From Gemmatimonadota bacterium (GTDB taxonomy: Bacteria; Gemmatimonadota; Gemmatimonadetes; Palauibacterales; Palauibacteraceae): DNA of 64,000 nucleotides. A model generated the notes under the pieces. That model did no database searches and was not told where the DNA came from. It worked only from the letters and a program-made list of their open reading frames with translations. Below are positions 8,405-17,683 of this stretch, piece after piece (positions within the stretch are counted from its first letter, which is position 1; the number at the start of each line of letters is the position of its first letter). Made by a program: the position numbers and the translations under genes. Location of the stretch: the NCBI GenBank assembly GCA_039587445.1, contig JBDHIM010000003.1:2239-66238 (forward strand), written 5' to 3'.

Positions 8405-9613
8405 TTACCCCCAGCGCGGCTGCTCGTCCAGGTCGAGGCCGAGATGTGCCTTGGCCATGATCTCCCTGGTCAGGTGGGCGTTGGCGGGGTGGAGGCGGCC
8501 CAGGCGTGCGTCGCGGAACAGCCGCTCGAGATTCGAGGCCGGGAAGATCCCGAACCCTCCCGTCACTTCGAAGGCCTTGTCGACGACGCTCCAGGCGCTC
8601 TCGACGGCGCAGTACTTGGCCGCCACGATCCGCGGACCCCAGGCCGGCCCGTAGTCGACTCCATCCGCGTACTCCTGCGCGACGACATCCAGGTGCGGGG
8701 CGATCCGCTCCAGCTCGAGCGCCATGTCCGCGACGTCGTGCTGCGCCTCGGCATGGTGGACCATGCCGCGCGGCACAGCCAGGGAGGCCTTTCCCTTGAG
8801 CTGGGCGACGACGATGTCGAAGACCCGCTGCGCCAGGCCGAGGTAGATGTTGCCGAAGGCGATCAGCGCCCAGGCGAAGATCCCGAGTACGAAGAGATCG
8901 ATCCCGGCGAAGCCCGTCGGAACGACGCGGGCTATGTGCTCGTCCGGCACGAAGACCCCATCAAGGATCGTGTCGTCGGAGCGGGTGGCGCGCATGCCGA
9001 GAACGCCGTCCCAGGTCGACTTGTACGACGCCCCTTCCGTTTCGCGGGGGATGAAGGCGTGCACGACCTTCGGGCCGTCGGCCGCGTCCGTGTCCATCCC
9101 GTGGAGTCCCAGCCAGGTCCAGGCCGGCCCCATGCTGCCGAAGGACTTGCGGCCCGTGAACCGGTAGCCGCCGTCGACCCGCTCGGCCTTGGTGCTGGAG
9201 TAGAGCACGGGGACATCGTTCCCCGTCTCCGCGTGACCGGCCGCATAGATCTCACCCTCCGCGGCCCCTTTCAGCAGCCACTCGAGCGAGGTGTCGCCGG
9301 ACCGCCAGATGTCCGCGATCAGGCCGGTCCAATAGAGATGCATGTTGCTGGCGAGCGCGGTGGCGGGTGCGTAATAGGCCAGCCGACGCTGCTCCTGGCA
9401 GACCTCGGCCAGGTTCATGCCCAGGCCGCCCAGCTCCGTCGGAACGGCCATCAAGTAATAGCCCGCGTCCTTGAGCTCATCGAAATCTTCCTGGAAAAAG
9501 CGGTTCTCCTGATCGTAGCCGGGAGCGCGCTCCCAGAACCGCTCCAACATGTCGTCCGTTAGAACGCTACTCTCGGGCGTATTGGCCATCAGGGGCATCG
9601 ATCCTCCTTTCAT
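8405..9613 (-). CDS. acyl-CoA dehydrogenase family protein
   Basis: ACAD-like N-terminal and middle domains (LGGLGMNLAEVCQEQRRLAYYAP, YRFTGRKSFGSMGPAWT). Length is 402 aa. Confidence 0.8.
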   Translation of the reverse strand: MKGGSMPLMANTPESSVLTDDMLERFWERAPGYDQENRFFQEDFDELKDAGYYLMAVPTELGGLGMNLAEVCQEQRRLAYYAPATALASNMHLYWTGLIADIWRSGDTSLEWLLKGAAEGEIYAAGHAETGNDVPVLYSSTKAERVDGGYRFTGRKSFGSMGPAWTWLGLHGMDTDAADGPKVVHAFIPRETEGASYKSTWDGVLGMRATRSDDTILDGVFVPDEHIARVVPTGFAGIDLFVLGIFAWALIAFGNIYLGLAQRVFDIVVAQLKGKASLAVPRGMVHHAEAQHDVADMALELERIAPHLDVVAQEYADGVDYGPAWGPRIVAAKYCAVESAWSVVDKAFEVTGGFGIFPASNLERLFRDARLGRLHPANAHLTREIMAKAHLGLDLDEQPRWG

Positions 9614-9730
9614 GGCGTGGCGGGTCGGGACCGCGAGCGACGGGTCGGCCGCTCGGGTCCGGGGTCAAGACAACTCGTACATATACCAGGTAGGGCGCGA
9701 ACCCGCGATCTCAGCGGACACCGCTCGCGT

Positions 9731-10519
9731 TCACTCTTCCACGAAGGCGATCACGCGGCAGAACGCCGCCTCGCCTCCCTTGAACTTCCATGGAAACACA
9801 CCGATCGTCAGGCGGCGGTTCTGCAACTCGGGCGCACCGATCTCGCCGCCCAGGTTCTCCGCGTGCATGCATTCGTGCGGGAAGAGGGCGTTGTGGGTCA
9901 GCTGGTAGTGCTCCTCCGGGAACAACTCGTCGAGTCTCTCCTTCCCTCCGAACTTGCGCTCGCAGAGAGCCCGGACCCGATCGCAGTGCCCGAACGTGCC
10001 CTTCCCGAGGAAGCGTCCTATGGGGAGGTTCATCGGATGGTCCGTCGAGACGGCGTCGACCGACCAGATCTTGATCTCCTTCTCGATCAGCCAGGGAACC
10101 ATGTCTGAGTGAGCGCCAGGATGCAGGTGGATGTAGCGCTCTTCGTTGGGCGTCTCTCCGAACTGGGCGAAGCGGTGCCAGCCCGTGTTCAGCACCAGGA
10201 GATCTCCGTTCCTGACCTCGACCCGCTCCTCGATCATCTCGGGCGTGTACGCCGCACAATCGTCCATCTCGTCGCTCAGATCTACGATCACCCCGGGCCC
10301 GTAAAGCCACTCAAGCGGTATCTGGTCGATCGTCATCCCGCCGGTCACGAAATGCCTCGGCGAATCGAGGTGGGTTCCGATGTGGTTCGACGTCATGATG
10401 TACTGGGCGTTCACTCCGTGCTCGGACTTCCGCTTTATGTACTTGACCTCGAACGGCGGATAATAGGGCCAGAAGGAGACATCGGCGTTCAGCGGTTGCG
10501 ACAGGTCGTACAACTTCAT
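9731..10519 (-). CDS. cyclase family protein (kynurenine formamidase-like putative cyclase)
   Basis: HIGTHLDSPRHF matches the HxGTHxDxPxH motif of the cyclase/Kfase family. Length is 262 aa. Confidence 0.8.
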   Translation of the reverse strand: MKLYDLSQPLNADVSFWPYYPPFEVKYIKRKSEHGVNAQYIMTSNHIGTHLDSPRHFVTGGMTIDQIPLEWLYGPGVIVDLSDEMDDCAAYTPEMIEERVEVRNGDLLVLNTGWHRFAQFGETPNEERYIHLHPGAHSDMVPWLIEKEIKIWSVDAVSTDHPMNLPIGRFLGKGTFGHCDRVRALCERKFGGKERLDELFPEEHYQLTHNALFPHECMHAENLGGEIGAPELQNRRLTIGVFPWKFKGGEAAFCRVIAFVEE

Positions 10520-10552
10520 TCTGCCTCCTGTATGTCATTGTTTGGTTAGCTG

Positions 10553-10759
10553 TTACTTATTCGCACCTGAAGTTACATCGTTGCCGGCGGCTCGAGCCCC
10601 GCGAAGAGGTCGTTCAGCGACTCGGCAAGCCAGATACGCGACGCGGTCGCGCTCGATGATGGCCACCGACCGGCCGGCTCGAGCAAGCGCCTGGGCGAGC
10701 GGCTTGCCGCCCTGCCCCGTGCCGATGACCACCGCATCGTACCGCTCAGCCTCCGGCAT
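10553..10759 (-). pseudogene. remnant N-terminal fragment (about 40 aa) of an FAD-dependent pyridine nucleotide-disulfide oxidoreductase
   Basis: [31 protein letters not shown] is a classic FAD-binding GxGxxG N-terminus. It degenerates afterwards (no GGTC redox motif) and stops after 68 codons. Confidence 0.4.
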
Positions 10760-12299
10760 CTCCGCGCCCTTTCGACCCGAACATTCGTTGCACCTCGGGC
10801 TTGGTCAGCTTTCCCATCGCGTTCCTCGGCAAATCCTCCACGAGCAGGAGGTCGCGGGGCACCTTGTAGGAGGCGAGCCGTTCTTTGGCCCACGCCTTCA
10901 GCTCCCCCAGCAGGGCGCCTGGCTCGCCCTCCGCGGACGCCGGGACGAAGGCCATGCACACGCGCTCGCCCCACTCGAGATCCGGCACGCCGACGACCGC
11001 GCAGTCCGAGATCTCCGGGTGGCCCCGAAGCACGTTCTCGATCTCGAGGGCCGAGACCTTGTAGCCTCCGGTCTTGATGATGTCCACGGACGTCCGCCCG
11101 AGGATTCGGTAGTAGCCGTTCTCGACCACCGCCTCGTCACCGGTGTCGAACCACGCATCCTGGTAGGCGGCTCGCGTGTCCTCGAGGTGCTTCCAGTACT
11201 CGAGGAACACGCCCGGCCCCCGAACCTGGATCCGGCCCGGTTCTCCCTCCTCCGTGATCCGTTCACCCTCCTCGTCGACGAGCCGGACGCTGACGCCGGG
11301 CAGCGGTATCCCCACGTAGCCCGGCCGCCGCTCGCCGTCCAGAGGATTGGAGATCGCCATTCCTATCTCCGTCATGCCGTACCGCTCGAGCAGCTCGTGG
11401 CCTGTGATCTCCAGCCATCTCTCGAATGCGTGCGTCGGCAAAGCCGCGGAGCCCGAGACCATGAGACGAAGATCAGCGGCTCCCCCCGACAGCGCCGCCC
11501 TCTCGCTCGCCGAAGCGTCCTCCCACTCGGCGATCAGCTTCACGTAGATGGTCGGGACGGCCATGAAGAGGGTCACCTCGCCCGAGGAGAGACGCTCCCA
11601 CACGATGGCGGGATCGAAGCGCGGCAGCATCTCGCAGGTGGCGCCGGACCACAGGGCGCAGAGCAGCGCGTTCACGATCCCATGTGTGTGGTGGAGCGGC
11701 AGGACATGGAGAATCCGGTCCTCGGCGGTCCAGCCCCACGCCTCGACCAGCGTCTCGACCTGGGCCGTGAGGCTGCCGTGCGAGCTCACGACTCCCTTGG
11801 GGCGACCGGTGGTTCCGCTGGTGTAGAGGATGAGTGCGCGCCGGAAAGGCTCCACGTCGGGGAGCCTGCGGCGTCCTTCGGCGCTCCCTCGCTTGCCCTC
11901 CGTGGTGAGTAGGAGGCGGACTCCCGTCGCCTCCGCGGCCGGCCCCAGGGTCTCTCCGAAGAGGGCATCGCAGACAACCCGGCGGGCCCCGCTGTCCCGG
12001 ATCACGTGCTCGAGCTCCGGAGCCGGATGTTCGGGACAGAGGGGCACCGCGATGCCACCCGCCCGCCAGATCCCCCAAAGCACCGAAACGTAGTCAACGC
12101 CCGGCTGGACCATGAAGGCGACCGGCTCTTCCAGAAGGTCGGACCGCTCGCCCAGCAGAGCCTCCGCGACCCTGGCGGAGGCACCCAGCAGATCGCCGTA
12201 CGGGTGGGCACCGTGACGGTCGACGATGGCGACCCGGCCTTCGAACCTGGTCGCACTCCGGACGATCGCCAGGCTCGAGGTCGTGTAAAACTCCTTCAT
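10746..12299 (-). CDS. AMP-dependent acyl-CoA synthetase/ligase
   Basis: [15 protein letters not shown]-binding motif, plus TGD ... [21 protein letters not shown] and a C-terminal PRNAMGK. Length is 517 aa. Confidence 0.85.
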   Translation of the reverse strand: MKEFYTTSSLAIVRSATRFEGRVAIVDRHGAHPYGDLLGASARVAEALLGERSDLLEEPVAFMVQPGVDYVSVLWGIWRAGGIAVPLCPEHPAPELEHVIRDSGARRVVCDALFGETLGPAAEATGVRLLLTTEGKRGSAEGRRRLPDVEPFRRALILYTSGTTGRPKGVVSSHGSLTAQVETLVEAWGWTAEDRILHVLPLHHTHGIVNALLCALWSGATCEMLPRFDPAIVWERLSSGEVTLFMAVPTIYVKLIAEWEDASASERAALSGGAADLRLMVSGSAALPTHAFERWLEITGHELLERYGMTEIGMAISNPLDGERRPGYVGIPLPGVSVRLVDEEGERITEEGEPGRIQVRGPGVFLEYWKHLEDTRAAYQDAWFDTGDEAVVENGYYRILGRTSVDIIKTGGYKVSALEIENVLRGHPEISDCAVVGVPDLEWGERVCMAFVPASAEGEPGALLGELKAWAKERLASYKVPRDLLLVEDLPRNAMGKLTKPEVQRMFGSKGRGDAGG

Positions 12300-12381
12300 C
12301 GAGCTCCTCCCCTCGAGCTCCCCTCAAGCCCCTTCAAACAGTCGACATCCGGCATTCTCATCGCCCTCCTGTCGAGCCGGC

Positions 12382-13878
12382 TCACGCTGGCACATCGACA
12401 CCCCTCGAGCCAGCGCGCTGCAGTCCCAGATAGACGAGAAACGACACGCTCGCAGCCGAAAACCACGCTCCCTGGAAAAGGAAAGCAAGACGCTCGTCCA
12501 GGGTTCCGATCAGAGCGACGCCGATCCCGGCGACGAGGGCGATGATCGCCGATCGGTTGATCCCTCCTTGATACCAGTAGGGCCCCGCCTTCCGGTAGAG
12601 GCCGGCCAGGTCGAGCCTGGTCCTCCGAACCAGGATGTAGTCGCACACGACCACGCCCCCTACGGCGCCCAGCAGTCCCGAGTAGCTGATGAGCCAGACT
12701 TGGTACATGTCCAGAAGCTTCCAGGGAACGATGGCGATCCCGATGAGACCCGCGATCGTTCCGCCCATCCGGAAGCTTATCCGGCGCGGTGCCAGGTTGG
12801 CAAAGCTGTTGGCGGGTGCGACGACGTTCGCGGCGATGTTCGTGCTCAGCGTGGCGACGACGAGGAAGAACATCGCCCCGAGCCCTAGGAGCGGGCTGTT
12901 GGCCTCGGCCGTCACTCGAGCCAGGAGGTCGATCGGGTTCCAGATCGCTTCGCCGTAGATGACCAGGGTCGCGCTCGTCACGGCGACCCCTACGAAAGCG
13001 AAGAGCGGCATGGTCGTGAGAAGACCCAGCGCCTGCCCCGAGAGCTGGTCCTTTTGGCTCTTCGCATAGCGCGTAAAGTCCGGGATGTTCAGCGACAGCG
13101 TCGCCCAGTATCCGACCATCGCGGTCAGCCAGGGTAGGAAGAGCACGAGCAGGAAACGAGAGGTGGGAAGCGGTTCTTCTGCACGGATCAGCGCGTTCGA
13201 CTCTCGTAGGATCGTGCCCAGGTCCCCTACCCGGCTCACTGCCCAGACGAAGAGAGCGGCGCCCATCAACAGCAGGACCGGCGCTGACAGCGCCTCCAAC
13301 CACTTGATGGACTCCGTCCCCGCCCAGACGAAGTACATGTTGATGAGCCAGAAGATCAGGAAGCTCAGATAGTGCGGAAAGCCGTACCCCATGAACTCCC
13401 ACGAGCCTCCCATCCGGGCCCACGTCGGCCAGAGAGTCGACAGAAGGACGTGTATCGCCAGCCCGCCGATCCACGTCTGGATGCCGAACCAGCCGCATGC
13501 CACGATCGAGCGCAGCAGCGAGGGCACGTGCGCGCCCCTCAGCCCAAATGCGGCCCGTGCGTACACCGGGAACGGGATCCCGTACCGGGTGCCCGCGTGG
13601 CCGTTGATCGCGAGGGGGACGAGCACGATGGCGTTGCCGAGCAGGATGGTCATCAGGCTCTGCCACCAGTTCATCCCGCTCTCGATCATGCTGGCCGCGA
13701 GCATGTAGGTCGGGATGCACACGCTCATGGCGACCCAGAGCGAGGCCAGGTTCCACCGGTTCCAGGAGCGCTCCGTGATCCGCGTCGGGGCCAGATCGGC
13801 GTTGCTGAAGGGACCCGGAGGCAACTCGCCCGCCAGCTCGACGAGACCCGCCCGTTCGACCTCGCCGAGGCGGCTCAA
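12382..13878 (-). CDS. NCS1 family nucleobase/hydantoin/allantoin-type permease
   Basis: 12-TM profile with NCS1-like N-terminal region (RSWNRWNLASLWVAMSVCIPTYMLAA). Length is 498 aa. Confidence 0.8.
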   Translation of the reverse strand: MSRLGEVERAGLVELAGELPPGPFSNADLAPTRITERSWNRWNLASLWVAMSVCIPTYMLAASMIESGMNWWQSLMTILLGNAIVLVPLAINGHAGTRYGIPFPVYARAAFGLRGAHVPSLLRSIVACGWFGIQTWIGGLAIHVLLSTLWPTWARMGGSWEFMGYGFPHYLSFLIFWLINMYFVWAGTESIKWLEALSAPVLLLMGAALFVWAVSRVGDLGTILRESNALIRAEEPLPTSRFLLVLFLPWLTAMVGYWATLSLNIPDFTRYAKSQKDQLSGQALGLLTTMPLFAFVGVAVTSATLVIYGEAIWNPIDLLARVTAEANSPLLGLGAMFFLVVATLSTNIAANVVAPANSFANLAPRRISFRMGGTIAGLIGIAIVPWKLLDMYQVWLISYSGLLGAVGGVVVCDYILVRRTRLDLAGLYRKAGPYWYQGGINRSAIIALVAGIGVALIGTLDERLAFLFQGAWFSAASVSFLVYLGLQRAGSRGVDVPA

Positions 13879-14780
13879 CTAGAGCCGGAGGCTCGCTCCG
13901 CCGCTACCGCCAGGGCCTCGCGCGTGAGCACCTCCACGAGCCGGCTGCGATAGCTCGCCGACGCGTGCATGTCCTCCATCGGTTCGAGCTCTCCCGAAGC
14001 CGTGCGTGCGGCGTCCTCGACAACCGTGGCGGTGGGCCTCTCTCCGACCAGGACGGCCGCCGCGCTCGTAGCCAGAGCCGGGGCACCCCCTACTCCCAGA
14101 TAGGCGAGGCGAGCCTCCTGGATGCGCCCCTCTGCGTCGAGGGCCAGTTTGGTCGCCAGCCCGGCCAGCGCGTAGTCGCCCTGACGGCGGGCGATCTCCC
14201 GAAACGCGCACCCCGTCCGCTGCCGTCGGCCAGGCAAAGCGATCTCCATGAGGAGCTCGTCCGGCTCCAGGCTCGTGCCGAAGAGGCCGAGAAAGAACTC
14301 TTCCGCTCGGACCCAGCGCTCACCCTCCGGCCCGCGTACCCGACAGCTCGCGTCCAGGGCGAGCAGGGCGGCGGGAATCTCGGAGGCCGGATCGGCGTGC
14401 ACGGCGCTTCCGCCGAACGTCCCTCGGTTCCTGATCTGGGGGTGAGCGATGTGAGGCATCATCTCGGTGAGTAGCGGTGCCAGCTCGGCCACCAGCTCAC
14501 TCCTCTCCACCGCCCTTTGCCGAGTCATGGCTCCGATCCGCACGCCGCCCGGGCCGGGCCCACCGTCCCCTCCTCCATCCTCGTTGCGGCCGATGAACGC
14601 CAGCTCGTCTATCCGGTTCAGGTCGACGAGAACGGCGGGCCGTGCAAGCCGGAAGTTCATGGCCGGGATGAGGCTCTGACCGCCGGCCAGAGCCTTCGCA
14701 TCCCAGCCGTGCTCCGTTAGCAGGCCGAGCGCCTCCTCGACAGAATCGGGAGCATGGTACTCGAAGGCCGCCGGCTTCAC
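13875..14780 (-). CDS. xanthine dehydrogenase family FAD-binding subunit (CoxM-like, medium subunit)
   Basis: FEYHAPDSVEEALGLL ... AGGQSLIPAMNFRLARP ... RNRGTFGGS, the FAD_binding_5/CO_deh_flav_C pattern. GTG start overlaps the large-subunit stop (GTGA). Confidence 0.8.
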   Translation of the reverse strand: MKPAAFEYHAPDSVEEALGLLTEHGWDAKALAGGQSLIPAMNFRLARPAVLVDLNRIDELAFIGRNEDGGGDGGPGPGGVRIGAMTRQRAVERSELVAELAPLLTEMMPHIAHPQIRNRGTFGGSAVHADPASEIPAALLALDASCRVRGPEGERWVRAEEFFLGLFGTSLEPDELLMEIALPGRRQRTGCAFREIARRQGDYALAGLATKLALDAEGRIQEARLAYLGVGGAPALATSAAAVLVGERPTATVVEDAARTASGELEPMEDMHASASYRSRLVEVLTREALAVAAERASGSS

Positions 14781-17176
14781 GCGCCCTTCTCCCCACCGCC
14801 GGCCCGGGCATTCTCGATGAGCGCGAAGAGACGGTTCGGGCTCAGGGGGATGTCGCGAACCTCGAGTCCCGGAGCCCACTCCTTCAGGGCGTCTTCCACC
14901 GCCTGGGCGAACAGCGCCGCGACCGGGATCGCCCCCGCTTCGCCCACGCCCTTGATGCCCAGGGGGTTGAGGGGCGATGGAGTCTCGATGTGCGCGGTCC
15001 GGATCGGCGGCACGTCGGTGGCCGTCGGCAACAGGTAGTCCATGAAGGAGGCGTTGTGAAGTTGGCCCTCGGAATCGCAGTCGAGCTCCTCGTAGAACGC
15101 GTTTCCGAGCCCGTGAGCGACGCCGCCGTGGATCTGGCCCTCCACGATCAGCGGGTTGATGACCCTGCCGCAGTCGTGCACGACGACGTACCGCTCCACC
15201 TCGACCATCGCCGTCTCCGGGTCCACGCTCACGACCATCGCGTGGACTCCACTCGCGGTGGCGCCGCGCCGGGGGCCGAAGTAGGCGGTGGACTCGAGGC
15301 CGGGCTCCGTTCCGGGTTCCACCGCGCCACGCAGGGGATTCGAACGGAGCGCGAGCTCGCCGAGCCCGATGGAGAGATCGGGCGCCCCCTGCACCCTCAC
15401 CACACCCTCCGAGAGCTTCAGATCCTCCTCCGCAACCTCCAGGATCTCGCTCGCCTTCCGAAGGATCTTCTCCCGGACGGCGACGGCCGCGGCGTGGCAG
15501 GCGTTTCCCGCGACCACGGCGCCGCGGCTGGCGAACGTGCCTGTTCCCCAGTGGAACTCGCGGGTATCGCCGGTCACGACCCGGACATCGGTAACCCCCA
15601 CGCCGAGCTGGTCCGCAACGATCTGCGCGAAGGACGTGAAGTGCCCCTGTCCCTGCGTGCCCACGCCCGTGACCAGGCAGACCTTTCCACTCGCCTCGAC
15701 GCGGACCCTGGCGCCTTCGTAGGGCCCGATGCCCGTGCCCTCGATGTAGGAGACGATCCCGATTCCCCGCAGGCGCTCGCGGTGAACTGACCTATCTCCT
15801 CCCGAAGCCGGACCCCCTCCGTCCGGCTCGCGCGGGACCGCACCTCCCGGCTCGTACCCGATCAGCTCGATCGCCTTGTCCAGCGCCGGCTCGTAGTCGC
15901 CGCTGTCGTAGACGAGCGGGGCGAAATCCTGGTAGAGGATCTCGTGGTCGTGCGGAAACGCGTCCGGCGAGAGAAAGTTGCGACGCCTGATCTCGACCCG
16001 ATCCAGTCCCATCTCACGGGCCGCAAGGTCGAGGAGACGCTCCATGATGAACACGCCCTGCTGCCGCCCGGCTCCCCGGATCGGCGTCACGATCGGGCGG
16101 TTCGTGAACGCGACGCGGAACTCGCTGTAGTAGCTCGGGACGTCGTAGGGACCGAGCAATGTGCACTGCGTGTTGATCGGCAGGGTGAGGCCATACGGGT
16201 TGTAGGCGCCCGTGTCGTGCACGAACACGTCCTTCACCCCCAGGATCCGCCCATCCGAGCTCAGCGCGATCTCGGCTTCGTGCAGCTGACCCCTCTCCTG
16301 GGTCGTCGAGAAGAAGTTCTCGAACCGGTCCTCGATCCACTTCACCGGCCGGCCGAGGCGCATCGCGATCCAGGGGAGGAGCACTTCGTCCGGATAGAAC
16401 ATCATGATCTTGGGGCCGAAGCCGCCGCCGATAAACGGAGCCACGACCCGAACCTGCGACTCGGAGAGTCCCAGCATCGCGGCGAGCCCGTTGCGGATCG
16501 GGATCGGAGCCTGGGTGGTATCCCAGACGGTCAGTTGGGCCGAGCGCTCGTCCCACTGTGCCAGGACCCCGCGGTTCTCCATCGCCGCCGAGACGCCCCG
16601 GTCGTACGTGAATTCTCGCGCGAGGACGAGATCGGCCGCGGCGCGTGCAGCATCGTAATCGCCCTTCGTTTGAACGGCGTGCGCCGCCAGGTTGGATCCG
16701 AGGTCCTCGTGGATGACCGGAGCTCCCTCGGCAAGGGCGGCCCTGACGTCGGCCACGGCCTCCAGAGGCTCGAGATCCACGATCACATCTTCCACCGCGT
16801 CCTCGGCCACGTAGCGGCTCTCCGCCACGACGACGGCGATCGGCTCTCCGACGTGTTGGACCTTATCTCTGGCGAGCGGCACCTGGGTCCGCGCCTGGAA
16901 GGTCAGTCCCTCGATCGGCGCCGGAGGCACGAGCAGCGGCCCGGGCTGCCAGTACTCGCCGAGGTCCGCCGCCGTGAAGACCCCGATCACACCGGCACGC
17001 TCGAGGGCAGGCGCCGCGTCCACGCCTCGAAGGAGACCATGCGCCACCTCGCTGCGCACGAACGCGGCGTGCAGCATGCCGGGTAGCTGCACGTCGTCGA
17101 CGAAGGTGGCCCTGCCCGTGAGGAGCGCCTCGTCCTCGTTTCGCCGGATTCGCGCCCCAAAATAGCGAGAGCTCAC
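14777..17176 (-). CDS. xanthine dehydrogenase family molybdopterin-binding large subunit (non-CODH type; active-site loop PIRGAGRQQG)
   Basis: 799 aa with MSSRYFGARIRRNEDEALLTG N-terminus, GGGFGPK, and RGAGR instead of the form I CSFR loop. Confidence 0.9.
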   Translation of the reverse strand: MSSRYFGARIRRNEDEALLTGRATFVDDVQLPGMLHAAFVRSEVAHGLLRGVDAAPALERAGVIGVFTAADLGEYWQPGPLLVPPAPIEGLTFQARTQVPLARDKVQHVGEPIAVVVAESRYVAEDAVEDVIVDLEPLEAVADVRAALAEGAPVIHEDLGSNLAAHAVQTKGDYDAARAAADLVLAREFTYDRGVSAAMENRGVLAQWDERSAQLTVWDTTQAPIPIRNGLAAMLGLSESQVRVVAPFIGGGFGPKIMMFYPDEVLLPWIAMRLGRPVKWIEDRFENFFSTTQERGQLHEAEIALSSDGRILGVKDVFVHDTGAYNPYGLTLPINTQCTLLGPYDVPSYYSEFRVAFTNRPIVTPIRGAGRQQGVFIMERLLDLAAREMGLDRVEIRRRNFLSPDAFPHDHEILYQDFAPLVYDSGDYEPALDKAIELIGYEPGGAVPREPDGGGPASGGDRSVHRERLRGIGIVSYIEGTGIGPYEGARVRVEASGKVCLVTGVGTQGQGHFTSFAQIVADQLGVGVTDVRVVTGDTREFHWGTGTFASRGAVVAGNACHAAAVAVREKILRKASEILEVAEEDLKLSEGVVRVQGAPDLSIGLGELALRSNPLRGAVEPGTEPGLESTAYFGPRRGATASGVHAMVVSVDPETAMVEVERYVVVHDCGRVINPLIVEGQIHGGVAHGLGNAFYEELDCDSEGQLHNASFMDYLLPTATDVPPIRTAHIETPSPLNPLGIKGVGEAGAIPVAALFAQAVEDALKEWAPGLEVRDIPLSPNRLFALIENARAGGGEKGA

Positions 17177-17661
17177 CGGCTCCCTCCGAGGTCGGCCGCC
17201 GCCGCTTCGACCGCCTCCACGATCTTCTGATAGCCGGTACAGCGGCAGAGGTTACCCGACAACGCTTCCCTCACCTGGAGCTCGGTCGGATCGGGGACCT
17301 CGTCCAGAAACGCCACCATCGTCATGAGGATCCCGGGAGTACAGAAGCCGCACTGGAGGCCGTGGGCCTCCTTGAAGGCGGCCTGAAGCGGGTGCAGGCC
17401 GTCGTCCCGCTCGAGCCCTTCCACGGTGCCGATCGAGGAGCCGTCTGCCTGAACGGCAAAGACGAGACACGCCCGGACGGGCTCACCGTCGAGCAGGACC
17501 GTGCACGCACCACAGACGCCGTGCTCGCATCCCACGTGCGTGCCCGATAGGCCGAGCTCGTGGCGCAGAAAGTCGCTGAGGAGGAGGCGCGGCTCGACCG
17601 AGCGCTCGTATCGCTCGCCGTTCACCGTCACGCCGATGGCTACGGCCTGTGTCGCGTCCAT
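17173..17661 (-). CDS. (2Fe-2S)-binding small subunit of the xanthine dehydrogenase family enzyme
   Basis: CEHGVCGACTV and CGFCTPG ... CRCTGY cysteine motifs. Length is 162 aa. Confidence 0.9.
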   Translation of the reverse strand: MDATQAVAIGVTVNGERYERSVEPRLLLSDFLRHELGLSGTHVGCEHGVCGACTVLLDGEPVRACLVFAVQADGSSIGTVEGLERDDGLHPLQAAFKEAHGLQCGFCTPGILMTMVAFLDEVPDPTELQVREALSGNLCRCTGYQKIVEAVEAAAADLGGSR

Positions 17662-17683
17662 GGCTCCTCCCCGCCGCCCGCCG

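Noticed and set aside
7425-9562. Long plus-strand ORFs 7425-8654 and 8288-9562
   Set aside because: Antisense to the amidase and acyl-CoA dehydrogenase genes. Arg/Gly-rich junk translations.
10542-11912. 456-aa plus-strand ORF
   Set aside because: Antisense to the AMP-binding ligase, which has canonical motifs. No family signal.
12296-13756. 486-aa minus-strand ORF
   Set aside because: Alternate frame of the NCS1 permease gene. Arg/Pro/Gly-rich with no hydrophobic helices.
15944-17086. 380-aa plus-strand ORF
   Set aside because: Antisense to the molybdopterin large subunit.
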